64,000 nt of DNA from a phage. Positions 26,804-35,869 of the stretch are shown here, one piece after another. A program made the translations under genes and the position numbers. Position 1 is the first letter of the stretch. Every line of letters starts with the position of its first letter. The stretch lies in the sequence record PZ338878.1; one strand, given 5' to 3'. The notes beneath the pieces are model-generated. The model was not told the origin of the DNA and searched no databases. It saw only the letters and a program-made list of their open reading frames with translations.

Positions 26804-27187
26804 ATGAGCAATATCATCAACCTGGCGGCTACTGTAAACGGCAAAGACTTTAACGGCGCTGTAGACCGTGATCCTATGTGGTGCTTATCAGTGTTCAAAG
26901 GTGACTTGGTTGAAGTTAGAACAACCGAAGGTTATAGCGACGATTATAAATGCGAGATCCATTTACATAACTGGTACACGGGTAAAACTTATGCGCTGAA
27001 TCACGCGTTTATCGGGAAAATTGAATATCGCGAAATGATCGACGAAGAAACGGGGCAAGATTTTAGCGATTATGTTTATATTCGTTCCGAAACATTAGCC
27101 GAACGGTTGATCGAGAAAATGAAAGCAAAAAATAAAATTAATTTAGCTCATTGGCTTGATATAACAAACGATCCAGCTTATAAGTAA
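26804..27187 (+). CDS. hypothetical protein (127 aa)
   Basis: start at ATG 26804 with GAGGAAA RBS. Confidence 0.5.
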   Translation: MSNIINLAATVNGKDFNGAVDRDPMWCLSVFKGDLVEVRTTEGYSDDYKCEIHLHNWYTGKTYALNHAFIGKIEYREMIDEETGQDFSDYVYIRSETLAERLIEKMKAKNKINLAHWLDITNDPAYK

Positions 27188-27202
27188 ATAACATTTCACA
27201 CC

Positions 27203-27221
27203 AGGGCGCACAAAGCGCCCT
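27203..27221 (+). terminator. rho-independent terminator closing the small-gene array
   Basis: AGGGCGC-ACAAA-GCGCCCT + TTCTTTTT. Confidence 0.7.
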
Positions 27222-27433
27222 TTCTTTTTACCTAAATAAAGATGATAGCTTTTACCTATCAAAAACGTTCACCGAAAAAAGTGAATAGATCGCGGTATCG
27301 AGCTAATCAAGGAGCAGATGAACAACCATACCATGAAGATCATAAGGCGTTTACAACGTGTTTTAGACCGCTTATTTTTAATTTCTCCATGTAACTATCT
27401 GGCAAAAACAGCCTTTTTCTTGTCTTTCCTCTT

Positions 27434-27508
27434 AAATGATAATCATTCTTATTTATAGCTGATTATTTATGCAATAAACTGCATAATGCAATAATGATAA
27501 TCATTCTT
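27434..27508. promoter_or_regulatory. two Fur-box-like sites
   Basis: AAATGATAATCATTCTT and AATAATGATAATCATTCTT. Confidence 0.4.
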
Positions 27509-27517
27509 AACTTATGA

Positions 27518-27800
27518 CCATCTAACCTATAAAATAATAAGCTATCTAACTAAATTAAAACTAATTATCTCACCTTTATTTATAATTTACTGTTATTATC
27601 TCATTGATAACCTTATATTAAACAACAATAACTAATATAAATCATTACTAAGCTAAATATAATCTATCTAACCTTTAAAACTATAACTATAATCTATCGA
27701 ATTGTTGCACAAAGTAACTATTAAATTGTTAGTAACATTACTAAATAATTAATATCCTATCTATTTATGATCTAATCTTTACCTTACTATCTATTACCTA
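27518..27800. repeat. iteron-like short repeats in AT-rich non-coding DNA
   Basis: recurrent CTATCTAAC(C/T) / CTATCTATT motifs. Confidence 0.4.
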
Positions 27801-27859
27801 AATAATCATTTCATACCGTAATAATTTCATATAATAATTATAACAAGAAATATAATTAG

Positions 27860-28045
27860 CAAGCGTATCATTAGCAGCCTATGCCGGACACATAGGCGGC
27901 TAATAATAACGCAACTACACACCTCACATAATAACTATCACCGATAGTTATTATCTGTGCTTATGTAGCTTGCAACAATTGCAAGCGCAACAATATACAT
28001 GGTATATTGTATTCCCTTACATTGTTGCGGTGCGTTATTATTAGC
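27860..28045. repeat. cluster of nested palindromes
   Basis: GCCTATG-N7-CATAGGC; ATAACTATC-ACC-GATAGTTAT; GCTTGCAA-CAA-TTGCAAGC; CAATATAC-ATG-GTATATTG; flanking GCTAATAATAACGCA inverted repeats. Confidence 0.6.
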
Positions 28046-28420
28046 TAATGTTTGGAACATTGGCTATAATATAAGCTACCCAATAATAAGTTATGCAATA
28101 ATAAACATAGTGAATAATTACCCTGATGATCATAATGCGCCACCTTCCAGGGGCGCTATGTGAACACAAAGAAATCTTTCTTGTCAAGAAAAATATTACC
28201 ATTATTGCGCAAAATTATTTATATATGAATAGACGGTTTTTCATACTATTGCCCCCCCCAAATTATGCCCCTTTTGTTGGGTACAACTATCCCTATTTGT
28301 TGCAATGTATACCTTATTTGTTGAGCATAGTTATAGCCTATTTGTTGAGCCTACTTTCTTAAAAGCGCAATAAATTAGAATTATCTTGATTTTTAGGGCG
28401 TTTTATAGTATAGAAAATAT

Positions 28421-28439
28421 GCAAATGATAATCATTATC
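28421..28439. promoter_or_regulatory. near-consensus Fur box
   Basis: GCAAATGATAATCATTATC vs consensus GATAATGATAATCATTATC. Confidence 0.5.
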
Positions 28440-28606
28440 AGCTATCTTCCACGGGTAGCACTATTTCACGCAGGATCATTTCATTTGGCAAGGTGTATAT
28501 AGATGTTTAGAAATGCCAAGCCATTGATTTGCTTAGAATTTATCTGTTTTGTTGGGAATAGTGCCTTTATTGTCCAGAAAATAATCAAAAGTCTTATAAG
28601 TCATTG

Positions 28607-28640
28607 AATGATAATGCAAATGATAATAATTCTCATTGAT
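28607..28640. promoter_or_regulatory. Fur-box-like repeat
   Basis: GAATGATAATGCAAATGATAATAATTCTCATTGAT. Confidence 0.4.
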
Positions 28641-28691
28641 ATTTGAGGGGGACGGTCGGCAGAAATCGGGGGGCGCTGAAAATCGCGTTAA

Positions 28692-28758
28692 NNNNNNNNN
28701 NNNNNNNNNNNNNNNNNNNNNNNNNNNNNNNNNNNNNNNNNNNNNNNNNNNNNNNNNN
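28692..28758. other. assembly gap (67 N)
   Basis: run of N in sequence. Confidence 1.
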
Positions 28759-29076
28759 AGGGGGTGTGTCGAAATAAATCGGGTATACCGGAAAATTTTT
28801 GTGGCATAGATATTTATTTGTCTATATTATGTACAAAGGGGTGTGTTAAAAATAATAGGTATATATAGAATAATTGATAGGGAAATCCTATACTAAATCC
28901 TTCATTAATGATGTTTCTATGTGGCTGTCCTTGTAACAGATGAAAAGACGCTGTATGATGTGTGAAAGACAGAATCAAAGATGCAAATAATACTTGCATT
29001 GAATAGAAATGTCTGTACACTGTGTTCCATATAATATGCAATACCGCGCATAACAAACTACTAATGAGAGGTGTAA

Positions 29077-29535
29077 ATGAAAACTGTATCTTTGTATCTT
29101 GCTAACACGGAGCGTGTACATAATCTGGTAAAAGAATGCGGTGTGAGTGTTCAATTTAACACAGGAAAGCCTTCCGTGGTGACAGGCAGCGAGATGTGTG
29201 TTATTGATTTCATCAATGAATATTTTCGTGGAAAACCTATCGCTCGGCACTTCATTCAAGAAATGCGAGATGTAGAGCAGGATTATGAATTCTACCCAGA
29301 AATTTGTGAACGTTATGAAACAATTCTTAGTTCTGTAGAAGATCCAGATACTAGTGAAACAGGTGCTTCCCACTTACTGTGGATGTTGAGTGAAATTCAG
29401 GATGGGTGTAATGGTATGTCTGAAACCAAACGCCATCGTTGGTTAGGCTATATTCAGGGTGTTATGGTTATGAAAAACCTTATTACAGTGAACGATGAAC
29501 GTAATGCTACACGCCCCGTCTTTAATGGAGCATAA
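29077..29535 (+). CDS. hypothetical protein (152 aa)
   Basis: RBS GAGAGG. Confidence 0.55.
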   Translation: MKTVSLYLANTERVHNLVKECGVSVQFNTGKPSVVTGSEMCVIDFINEYFRGKPIARHFIQEMRDVEQDYEFYPEICERYETILSSVEDPDTSETGASHLLWMLSEIQDGCNGMSETKRHRWLGYIQGVMVMKNLITVNDERNATRPVFNGA

Positions 29536-29536
29536 C

Positions 29537-29752
29537 ATGAAAAGCATTAGGGTGTGTATTGAAAATAATTGTGGCTATCTGGGGTTGACACACGTCACTT
29601 TCCCTCTTATATTAGATGCCGATATAGCTTACAGCGGAGTTGCTTATGTGTCATTCAAGACAATGAGCCAAGTACCTGGCTGGAATTGGGAAGTGGTTGA
29701 TGTTGTTGAAGGAGAAGATTATGTTTTCCTTCCACACGAATATACTGTTTAA
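29537..29752 (+). CDS. hypothetical protein (71 aa)
   Basis: start at ATG 29537 (MKSIRVC). Confidence 0.45.
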   Translation: MKSIRVCIENNCGYLGLTHVTFPLILDADIAYSGVAYVSFKTMSQVPGWNWEVVDVVEGEDYVFLPHEYTV

Positions 29753-29766
29753 AAGAGGAAAAGAAT

Positions 29767-29943
29767 ATGGATAAACAAACTACTGTGTACTTAGTAACAA
29801 AGAATACCCCAGGCTGGAGCCAATGCAGCACTGTTCCTTACAAGATCTGTGCAACACTCGAACTAGCACAACGTGCAGAAGCAGAAGTGAATGCCATGCA
29901 ATACAGCTATGGTGAGATCATTCCTTTTACTCTTGAACAATAA
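29767..29943 (+). CDS. small hypothetical protein (58 aa)
   Basis: hand-translated MDKQTTVYLVTKNTPGW...; RBS AAAGAGGAAAAG. Confidence 0.45.
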   Translation: MDKQTTVYLVTKNTPGWSQCSTVPYKICATLELAQRAEAEVNAMQYSYGEIIPFTLEQ

Positions 29944-29954
29944 GGAGTTGTGTA

Positions 29955-30407
29955 ATGTTTGAAATTGGTAAAGTGTATCGTTTTAAAAACGCATCTTATA
30001 TCCGTAAGTTTGGTAATGTGTCTGAGTGCAATAGCAAGATTGCTTTTTTCTTAGGTGATTCCTGTTTTCGTGTATTAGATGTGGATGACTGGTATGGTGT
30101 CACTTCTTTGCAATCCTTAGCAGGAGAACAAGAAATTATCACTCAAAACGAAGGCGATTTTCGTCAGTGTTACACATTGCTTGCAAAAAGTGAGTTTGAA
30201 TACTTTGTAGAAGTAGTAGAGGAAGCACCAAAAAGTAAACATGAAGAGAAATACCTGCTCGTAGTGGACGGAGTTCCAATCATGGAAACCATCTACCGTG
30301 AGGAAGTTGAAAAAGAGGCAAAACGTTACAAGCTGGATCGTACACAGAGTGTAGTTGAAGTATATTCTCTTATTGGTGTTGCAGATATTCATGTAAACAT
30401 TGTATAA
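29955..30407 (+). CDS. hypothetical protein (150 aa)
   Basis: RBS AAGGAG. Confidence 0.55.
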   Translation: MFEIGKVYRFKNASYIRKFGNVSECNSKIAFFLGDSCFRVLDVDDWYGVTSLQSLAGEQEIITQNEGDFRQCYTLLAKSEFEYFVEVVEEAPKSKHEEKYLLVVDGVPIMETIYREEVEKEAKRYKLDRTQSVVEVYSLIGVADIHVNIV

Positions 30408-30621
30408 TATGTGTAATGATAGATACATTCTTCGTGTATCTGATAAGTCTCCAATGTTTGACTGGCGGGGCTGGTGGCTACTGGCTCCGATGCAAGGTCT
30501 GACAGACGTGGAAAAGGAGGCTTATGTGTATACAAAAGAAGAGATAGAAGATAGCCTTTATTTGACAGATAACATTAAGAATGGTATCTTTGAGTGTAAA
30601 TTGAAAGGAGAGGAAGAATGA
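30400..30621 (+). CDS. hypothetical protein (73 aa)
   Basis: ORF; weak RBS. Confidence 0.35.
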   Translation: MYNMCNDRYILRVSDKSPMFDWRGWWLLAPMQGLTDVEKEAYVYTKEEIEDSLYLTDNIKNGIFECKLKGEEE

Positions 30622-30917
30622 CTGTTACAGAAAAACTGCGCTGTATTGCAAAGCAAAGTGGAGAAGGCTTGTGGTTTCCTATTGATGAAGTTATTCAGGA
30701 TTGTTATGATCAGGCAAAAACTGGCAAATACTCCAAGGCATTTAAACCATCTGTTTTCGGTTTGGATGACTATCCGACAAATGAACAAGCAAGGAAACGC
30801 CAAGTGGATTTGATTGATCTTGCTATGGAAGCACTGCGAGAGCGTGGACTTAGTAAGGTGTATGCTTTAAACACCAAAGAGGGTTTTGTAGATTCAGTGA
30901 TCGTAGACTGGCATTAA
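30618..30917 (+). CDS. hypothetical protein (99 aa)
   Basis: RBS GGAGAGG. Confidence 0.5.
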   Translation: MTVTEKLRCIAKQSGEGLWFPIDEVIQDCYDQAKTGKYSKAFKPSVFGLDDYPTNEQARKRQVDLIDLAMEALRERGLSKVYALNTKEGFVDSVIVDWH

Positions 30918-30926
30918 GGATAGATC

Positions 30927-31295
30927 ATGCAAGAGAATAATAAAGTGTGTAACATGAAAAGCAGCCCCTATTTGCTACAATTTTATGAGTGGTGGTTAGA
31001 ACAAGAAGATACAAACTTTAGCAAAAAGCATTATGGTCTTTGCACGTGTCTCGTAGACTTCTTATACAATATTGCTTGGATAAAAGACGTTGAGAATGTA
31101 GCAAACCTTCAAGCCTCTGTACGAGAGGAAATGAAGGAACAGTTTAAGAAAGCGGGTTTGAACCATTTACACCCATTTAATACAGATTTCTCACACTACT
31201 TTACGGAAACAGAGTTAGGCATTGCACACCTTAACAAAGAACGTGTACAATGGGTGATTGATCGTATTCGTGATATGGAGGAATACAATGGTTAA
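30927..31295 (+). CDS. hypothetical protein (122 aa); paralog of 32205..32789
   Basis: shared LLQFY, LHPFN, HLNKER(V/I)(Q/E)WV motifs. Confidence 0.55.
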   Translation: MQENNKVCNMKSSPYLLQFYEWWLEQEDTNFSKKHYGLCTCLVDFLYNIAWIKDVENVANLQASVREEMKEQFKKAGLNHLHPFNTDFSHYFTETELGIAHLNKERVQWVIDRIRDMEEYNG

Positions 31296-31497
31296 GTTTA
31301 AAACTTTCTGTGCAATCTCTGTTTGTCTTATTCTTGCATACGTGTTATTCTCTGGTATCATTCGTTTAGGTGAGTATATGGCAAGAGAAGCTCGTGAAAG
31401 TGAAGCTAAAAAAGAACAGTGTATTGTGTTCAAGCATCAAAGAGATACTGAAAAATTTCTTGAACAGGATTGTGGGCGCTATGTGAATTATAATTAG
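31288..31497 (+). CDS. small membrane-anchored protein (69 aa); paralog of 35645..35869
   Basis: N-terminal TM + shared C(I/T)(V/I)(F/L)KH...FL...C..YV.Y. Confidence 0.5.
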   Translation: MVKFKTFCAISVCLILAYVLFSGIIRLGEYMAREARESEAKKEQCIVFKHQRDTEKFLEQDCGRYVNYN

Positions 31498-31506
31498 GAG
31501 GGAAGT

Positions 31507-31755
31507 ATGTTAGATATTTTTACCTTTGATCGTGTTGGTACACCGATTACCGAAGAAGAACGTACCAAAATTGAACAAGAATTGGATGCTTTACGTGCGT
31601 CTCTTACAGACACAGCCTCACTACAACGTGAAGCTGCACATCTCACAGAGATCACTGGTATTCAGTGGAGCACGGAGTGGGTTGTAATTACAATTGAAGC
31701 GGATATTTGGGGACATGAAGAGACGCTACGTACCGGAGTAGTAACGGTTTGGTGA
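31507..31755 (+). CDS. hypothetical protein (82 aa)
   Basis: RBS AGGAGGGAAG. Confidence 0.5.
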   Translation: MLDIFTFDRVGTPITEEERTKIEQELDALRASLTDTASLQREAAHLTEITGIQWSTEWVVITIEADIWGHEETLRTGVVTVW

Positions 31756-31801
31756 TAGATGTTATTCTTTTGTGTTTCTTGATATATAAATAGGAGGGTT
31801 T

Positions 31802-32026
31802 ATGGTAAAACGTCTGGAATGGGATGCGTGTACTGCTCACGCTTGTCACTGTGATATTGTGGAAGATCCTAATGGAGAAATGGTGTATTATGAAGATTAC
31901 GAAGCATTGCACAATGCTGTGATTGCTTTGCTGGATGATATTAGCTCACGCTACCCAGGACAACAATTCACGTGTCCACATATTCAACTGTTAGCCAAAC
32001 TTACGGAGTATCCAAGTGTTCCATAA
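31802..32026 (+). CDS. hypothetical protein (74 aa); paralog of 36530..36793
   Basis: shared CDIV(E/P)DP(N/E)G motif; RBS AGGAGGG. Confidence 0.5.
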   Translation: MVKRLEWDACTAHACHCDIVEDPNGEMVYYEDYEALHNAVIALLDDISSRYPGQQFTCPHIQLLAKLTEYPSVP

Positions 32027-32193
32027 TATGGGCGTCCCTGAACAACTACTCTTTATTGTAGGATTAGTAGGCTTATTGGCGGCTGGAGCTAAAGCCGCTT
32101 CTCACACGCATCACATAATGTTAAGATTTCTATTCCTGCTCCCTTCTATCCTCGTACTACTAGTCATACTGATCGATAACATTTTTCACAATT
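32026..32193 (+). CDS. small membrane protein (55 aa)
   Basis: hand-translated MGVPEQLLFIVGLVGLLAAGAKAASHTHH... Confidence 0.4.
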
Positions 32194-32204
32194 AAGGAGA
32201 GGTC

Positions 32205-32789
32205 ATGAGTAAAATTATACCAAGCAGTTATGAATTATTGCAGTTTTATGTATATTATATAGACTGGGTTACTAGATCGAATGTTAAAGACAATGCGATG
32301 TTTAGTAAAAGCATCTGTTTAACAGAAAGTATCTTCCGTTATTGGCACACAGGCAGAAAGTGTACACACAGTGAAGCTATGCGCATTGTAGGTGAATACC
32401 TGGAGCAATTGCAAAAAGCAGAACTTCCTGTCCTTCACCCATTCAACGAATCTAAAGAAGAATTAGAACAAGAGTGCAGGGAAGGTAAGTGCCATTTGAA
32501 TGAAAAACGTATTGAATGGGTAAGGCAACGTTTAGCCGATGCAGGAAAGCCTCCTAGTAACTCTGACTACACGTGGTACGATGTAGAGGGTTTAGTTCAG
32601 GGTTTTGAGGCTTGTGCTATAGATAATACCAATTTTGCCAAAGTTTTATGTGAGGCTTATGATCTGGCAGATAAAATCCGAAAGCAAGGATGGAAACAAG
32701 AGCACAAAGAATCATATGAACGTCTTGACAAGATTTTCAAACAGATCTATTCTAACCACAAAGAGATGTTCCAAATGGAGGATGTGTAA
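32205..32789 (+). CDS. hypothetical protein (194 aa)
   Basis: RBS AAGGAGAGG. Confidence 0.55.
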   Translation: MSKIIPSSYELLQFYVYYIDWVTRSNVKDNAMFSKSICLTESIFRYWHTGRKCTHSEAMRIVGEYLEQLQKAELPVLHPFNESKEELEQECREGKCHLNEKRIEWVRQRLADAGKPPSNSDYTWYDVEGLVQGFEACAIDNTNFAKVLCEAYDLADKIRKQGWKQEHKESYERLDKIFKQIYSNHKEMFQMEDV

Positions 32790-32844
32790 TGAAAGAGATT
32801 ATGTTTTATTGAATTGCTAAAACACGTTAAATAAGGAGAGTGAT

Positions 32845-33249
32845 ATGTGGTCTGTTAAAATCAAATATAATGCTCAGTATTATGGTGGAAAACCTTACGA
32901 AGTTGTTATTTGTGATTGTATCTCTGAAGAAGTTGCACAGCTTTGTGGCGCTGGTGTTAGTGAAGCTATGAACAAAATGCATAATTCTACTGTGCGTTTC
33001 CTGGATCGGGATATTCCAGAAGATGTAAATGACTATGGTTACGAAGTTATTTACAGTGAAGGTAAGAAGCTCTCTATTGAAGATGCACTTAAAGCACTAC
33101 CTGCTATGTGCAACCCGACACCAGAAGCAGTTAAAGAGATTTTACCAGAATCCAACCCCGATGAATATGCTTCTATGGTTGCTTCAGATATGTGGAATCT
33201 CTGTCGAGAAACTATGATTAAAAATCTTGTGGAAATGGCACATGAGTAA
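32845..33249 (+). CDS. hypothetical protein (134 aa)
   Basis: RBS AAGGAGAG. Confidence 0.55.
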   Translation: MWSVKIKYNAQYYGGKPYEVVICDCISEEVAQLCGAGVSEAMNKMHNSTVRFLDRDIPEDVNDYGYEVIYSEGKKLSIEDALKALPAMCNPTPEAVKEILPESNPDEYASMVASDMWNLCRETMIKNLVEMAHE

Positions 33250-33460
33250 AACGCACTTTATACATCCGTTTGATCCAAAGAACAAGGCGGTTATACACCG
33301 CCGTTGGACTGAAACGCGCATTACAAAATGTCCTGTGCCAGCAGCACAGGAATATAACAAAACATATAAAGCAGAATTTGTGGAGTACACCTTTGTGAAT
33401 AACAAAGGGAAGGAGGTTTATGTTCCAGAATACTGCCTTTGGATAAAATGGGAGGAATAA
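33242..33460 (+). CDS. hypothetical protein (72 aa)
   Basis: start at ATG 33242 overlapping upstream stop. Confidence 0.4.
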   Translation: MSKTHFIHPFDPKNKAVIHRRWTETRITKCPVPAAQEYNKTYKAEFVEYTFVNNKGKEVYVPEYCLWIKWEE

Positions 33461-33627
33461 TGCAAACATTTTTTATCGACAAGTTCAACAAAAATATGAA
33501 CACGTGGATGGCAACATTCACTATGCAATTTGCGTCATTTAAAGAGGCTCAAGAATGGTGCGATCAACACAAGGATTTTGATTTTTACTATCAAATTAAT
33601 ACAAATCTTTCTCCAAAGGATAAATAA
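33460..33627 (+). CDS. small hypothetical protein (55 aa)
   Basis: GGGAGGA RBS; TAATG overlap. Confidence 0.4.
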   Translation: MQTFFIDKFNKNMNTWMATFTMQFASFKEAQEWCDQHKDFDFYYQINTNLSPKDK

Positions 33628-33628
33628 T

Positions 33629-33973
33629 ATGTTGGCTGATATTGAAATCCTTATGTACCGACAAGGTATGATCAAAATGTGGCTGGATTCTTTTAGCAAC
33701 ATATACTGCACAGTGCGATCAGCAGAGGAGCGTAAAACGCTTATTTTATCTGCTATTGTTGATAAACAACGTTTCTTCAAAGAAGTTTTGCAAACAGGCT
33801 TCTCCGATGCAGGAGTAGAGATTGCAACTCTTAGTCTTGGGGTGCTGTCTTACTTGGAGTCCGTTGTTTTATATGTCTTCTCTTTAGAAGAAGACTTGCA
33901 ATTTGAAGCATTAAAACTTATCTTAGATGCTGCAATTGACATAGAACAAAATCGAATTGATTCTTTTGAATAA
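33629..33973 (+). CDS. hypothetical protein (114 aa)
   Basis: start at ATG 33629. Confidence 0.45.
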   Translation: MLADIEILMYRQGMIKMWLDSFSNIYCTVRSAEERKTLILSAIVDKQRFFKEVLQTGFSDAGVEIATLSLGVLSYLESVVLYVFSLEEDLQFEALKLILDAAIDIEQNRIDSFE

Positions 33974-33989
33974 AAATAAGGAGAAAACT

Positions 33990-34448
33990 ATGCAAGAGGT
34001 TAAACATTATCCACATGGTCGTAGTTTTGTAGCTGTATGGCATGTTCCTGCTCGTAATGAACTATTTTGTGCATCTTTTCATTACAAAGATGGACAATAT
34101 TTCACCTATGACGAGACGATGGATGATTTTATCCCAGAGTGCGATCATGGGTATACACCAATGTTCTTTAAACGTATGAAAGCTCGTTTCTTCGTTACAG
34201 ATGTTGATGGTGAACCTACTTGGCACATCGAAGAAGATTGGCAAGATTCTGTAGATATTAAAGAAGCCCCAGAATGGGCTACACTGCTGGTACACGTCAA
34301 AACCCCTACCCTTGACGTTATGGCGTGGGTTAATCATGATGATACCCATTTCCAATACATAAATAGTAGCACAGAAATTTCTGGCGAGATTATTGGTCGT
34401 TGGAAGCCTACGAATCAGGTTGCTATTGTCGGGTATAAGACTGTATAA
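33990..34448 (+). CDS. hypothetical protein (152 aa)
   Basis: RBS AAGGAGAAAA. Confidence 0.55.
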   Translation: MQEVKHYPHGRSFVAVWHVPARNELFCASFHYKDGQYFTYDETMDDFIPECDHGYTPMFFKRMKARFFVTDVDGEPTWHIEEDWQDSVDIKEAPEWATLLVHVKTPTLDVMAWVNHDDTHFQYINSSTEISGEIIGRWKPTNQVAIVGYKTV

Positions 34449-34449
34449 T

Positions 34450-34644
34450 ATGAAAAATAGCGTAGATTGGGATGATTTATCCGATTTTGAAAAATGGTTC
34501 TTAGGCAGTGGTTGTTATGCAGATGGGGATCTCGAAAGAGATCCTTCTGGAAACTACATTATGCCATTAACCCAAGGTTTTTATGAGTGCTGGTGCGCAG
34601 CACAAAACAACGTACTGAATAAGGAGACAACACAATGCAATTAA
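34450..34644 (+). CDS. hypothetical protein (64 aa)
   Basis: start at ATG 34450. Confidence 0.4.
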   Translation: MKNSVDWDDLSDFEKWFLGSGCYADGDLERDPSGNYIMPLTQGFYECWCAAQNNVLNKETTQCN

Positions 34645-34874
34645 ACATCGGACAACCAATTTTTGATGAAGATACTGGTCAATATGCAGTGATTGTTGCT
34701 CGTATGAGTGGTGATGACTTTATTGTTTCAGAACTACTCGGATCAGATCCGCAACTGCGCGTAGTTTGTGACCTATATCTTCGAGACGAAAGTGATCGCA
34801 TTGCACTGAAAGAAGATGGTATGCTCTACTACACCTGGACTAGAGATCCTGGGGTAACGGAGGTAGAGGTATAA
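34635..34874 (+). CDS. hypothetical protein (79 aa)
   Basis: RBS AAGGAGA. Confidence 0.5.
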   Translation: MQLNIGQPIFDEDTGQYAVIVARMSGDDFIVSELLGSDPQLRVVCDLYLRDESDRIALKEDGMLYYTWTRDPGVTEVEV

Positions 34875-35173
34875 TGGTAAGGAACAGGGGTTTACATAAA
34901 AGAAGACACCTTACTTACTGGCATCGTAAAGTACATGAACCTGTATCAAAGAAAGAATGGCAATACCTGCCTTATGGAAAGGAGCGAAGAAAGTATTTGT
35001 TAGCTCATTTAAGGGTACATGGTTCGCTTCCTGTTAACAGTAAGTGGCAATTGCAAACAGCTTATGACGAAGATATGAAATATTTGTTAAAGAGAGGTAT
35101 TATTTGCCTTGTTAAGATAGGGCGATGGAAATCTCGTCAATCTTATATCGTACTTAAACAGGAGAAACGATGA
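34874..35173 (+). CDS. basic protein (99 aa)
   Basis: K/R-rich; RBS GGAGGTAGAGG. Confidence 0.5.
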   Translation: MVRNRGLHKRRHLTYWHRKVHEPVSKKEWQYLPYGKERRKYLLAHLRVHGSLPVNSKWQLQTAYDEDMKYLLKRGIICLVKIGRWKSRQSYIVLKQEKR

Positions 35174-35421
35174 ATATCAAAGATGTTGTAGCCTACGTAG
35201 AAGATGAAGTTAAAAACCATACAAGTTTACTGAAAGTAATGGTTGTGGTTAAAAATGGTGTTGGACAAGTAAACGTACAACATGTCTTATCTGACACTGT
35301 ATATAATGTGTTTGAATGTAAAGAAACACCTCATGGAGTACGTGTGGTTTATATTGATAACAATTTCAAAGAATGTGTGAGACATACTTTAGAAAATGAA
35401 CTAAGGATCACAATCCTATGA
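35170..35421 (+). CDS. hypothetical protein (83 aa)
   Basis: ORF, coupled. Confidence 0.5.
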   Translation: MNIKDVVAYVEDEVKNHTSLLKVMVVVKNGVGQVNVQHVLSDTVYNVFECKETPHGVRVVYIDNNFKECVRHTLENELRITIL

Positions 35422-35591
35422 GTTATTATGTTGTACCTTATGCCAATAAGTGGAGAGTAAGAGAAACTTGTTTTCTATTCTCCTGGTGGGCTACATTCGG
35501 AGATGGTTGTGGAAATGATACAGGAAAGCCTGTAGAGTATGACACAAAAGAAGAATGTGAACAGTGGATAAAATTAACACAAAGATGTTGA
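35418..35591 (+). CDS. small hypothetical protein (57 aa)
   Basis: hand-translated MSYYVVPYANKWRVRETCFLF... Confidence 0.4.
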   Translation: MSYYVVPYANKWRVRETCFLFSWWATFGDGCGNDTGKPVEYDTKEECEQWIKLTQRC

Positions 35592-35616
35592 CACGATCTT
35601 AACTTCTTGTTAGTAT
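35588..35616 (+). promoter_or_regulatory. sigma70-type promoter
   Basis: TTGACA N17 TAGTAT. Confidence 0.55.
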
Positions 35617-35644
35617 CAATGTGTACTAACGATAAGGAGGGTTC

Positions 35645-35869
35645 ATGAAGTTTGTAAACAAGTTGCAACAATTTTTGTTATCAACAGCAATCTTTTTGCT
35701 TTTGTTAATTGGTATTCTGTATGGTGCAGCTAACTTATACAAGCTACACAACAATGTAGAACATAATATAGAGAAGTGCACCATTCTAAAACACAATAAA
35801 CAAGCAGAAGATTTCTTAAAGAATAAGTGTTACAATTACGTTGATTATGAGGAGACAAACAATGATTAA
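35645..35869 (+). CDS. small membrane-anchored protein (74 aa)
   Basis: N-terminal TM; RBS AAGGAGGG. Confidence 0.5.
   Translation: MKFVNKLQQFLLSTAIFLLLLIGILYGAANLYKLHNNVEHNIEKCTILKHNKQAEDFLKNKCYNYVDYEETNND

Noticed and set aside
17197-26804. Hairpins as N4-type virion-RNA-polymerase hairpin promoters
   Set aside because: Each hairpin lies downstream of a canonical sigma70 -35/-10 pair, and the stem is longer than N4-type promoter hairpins
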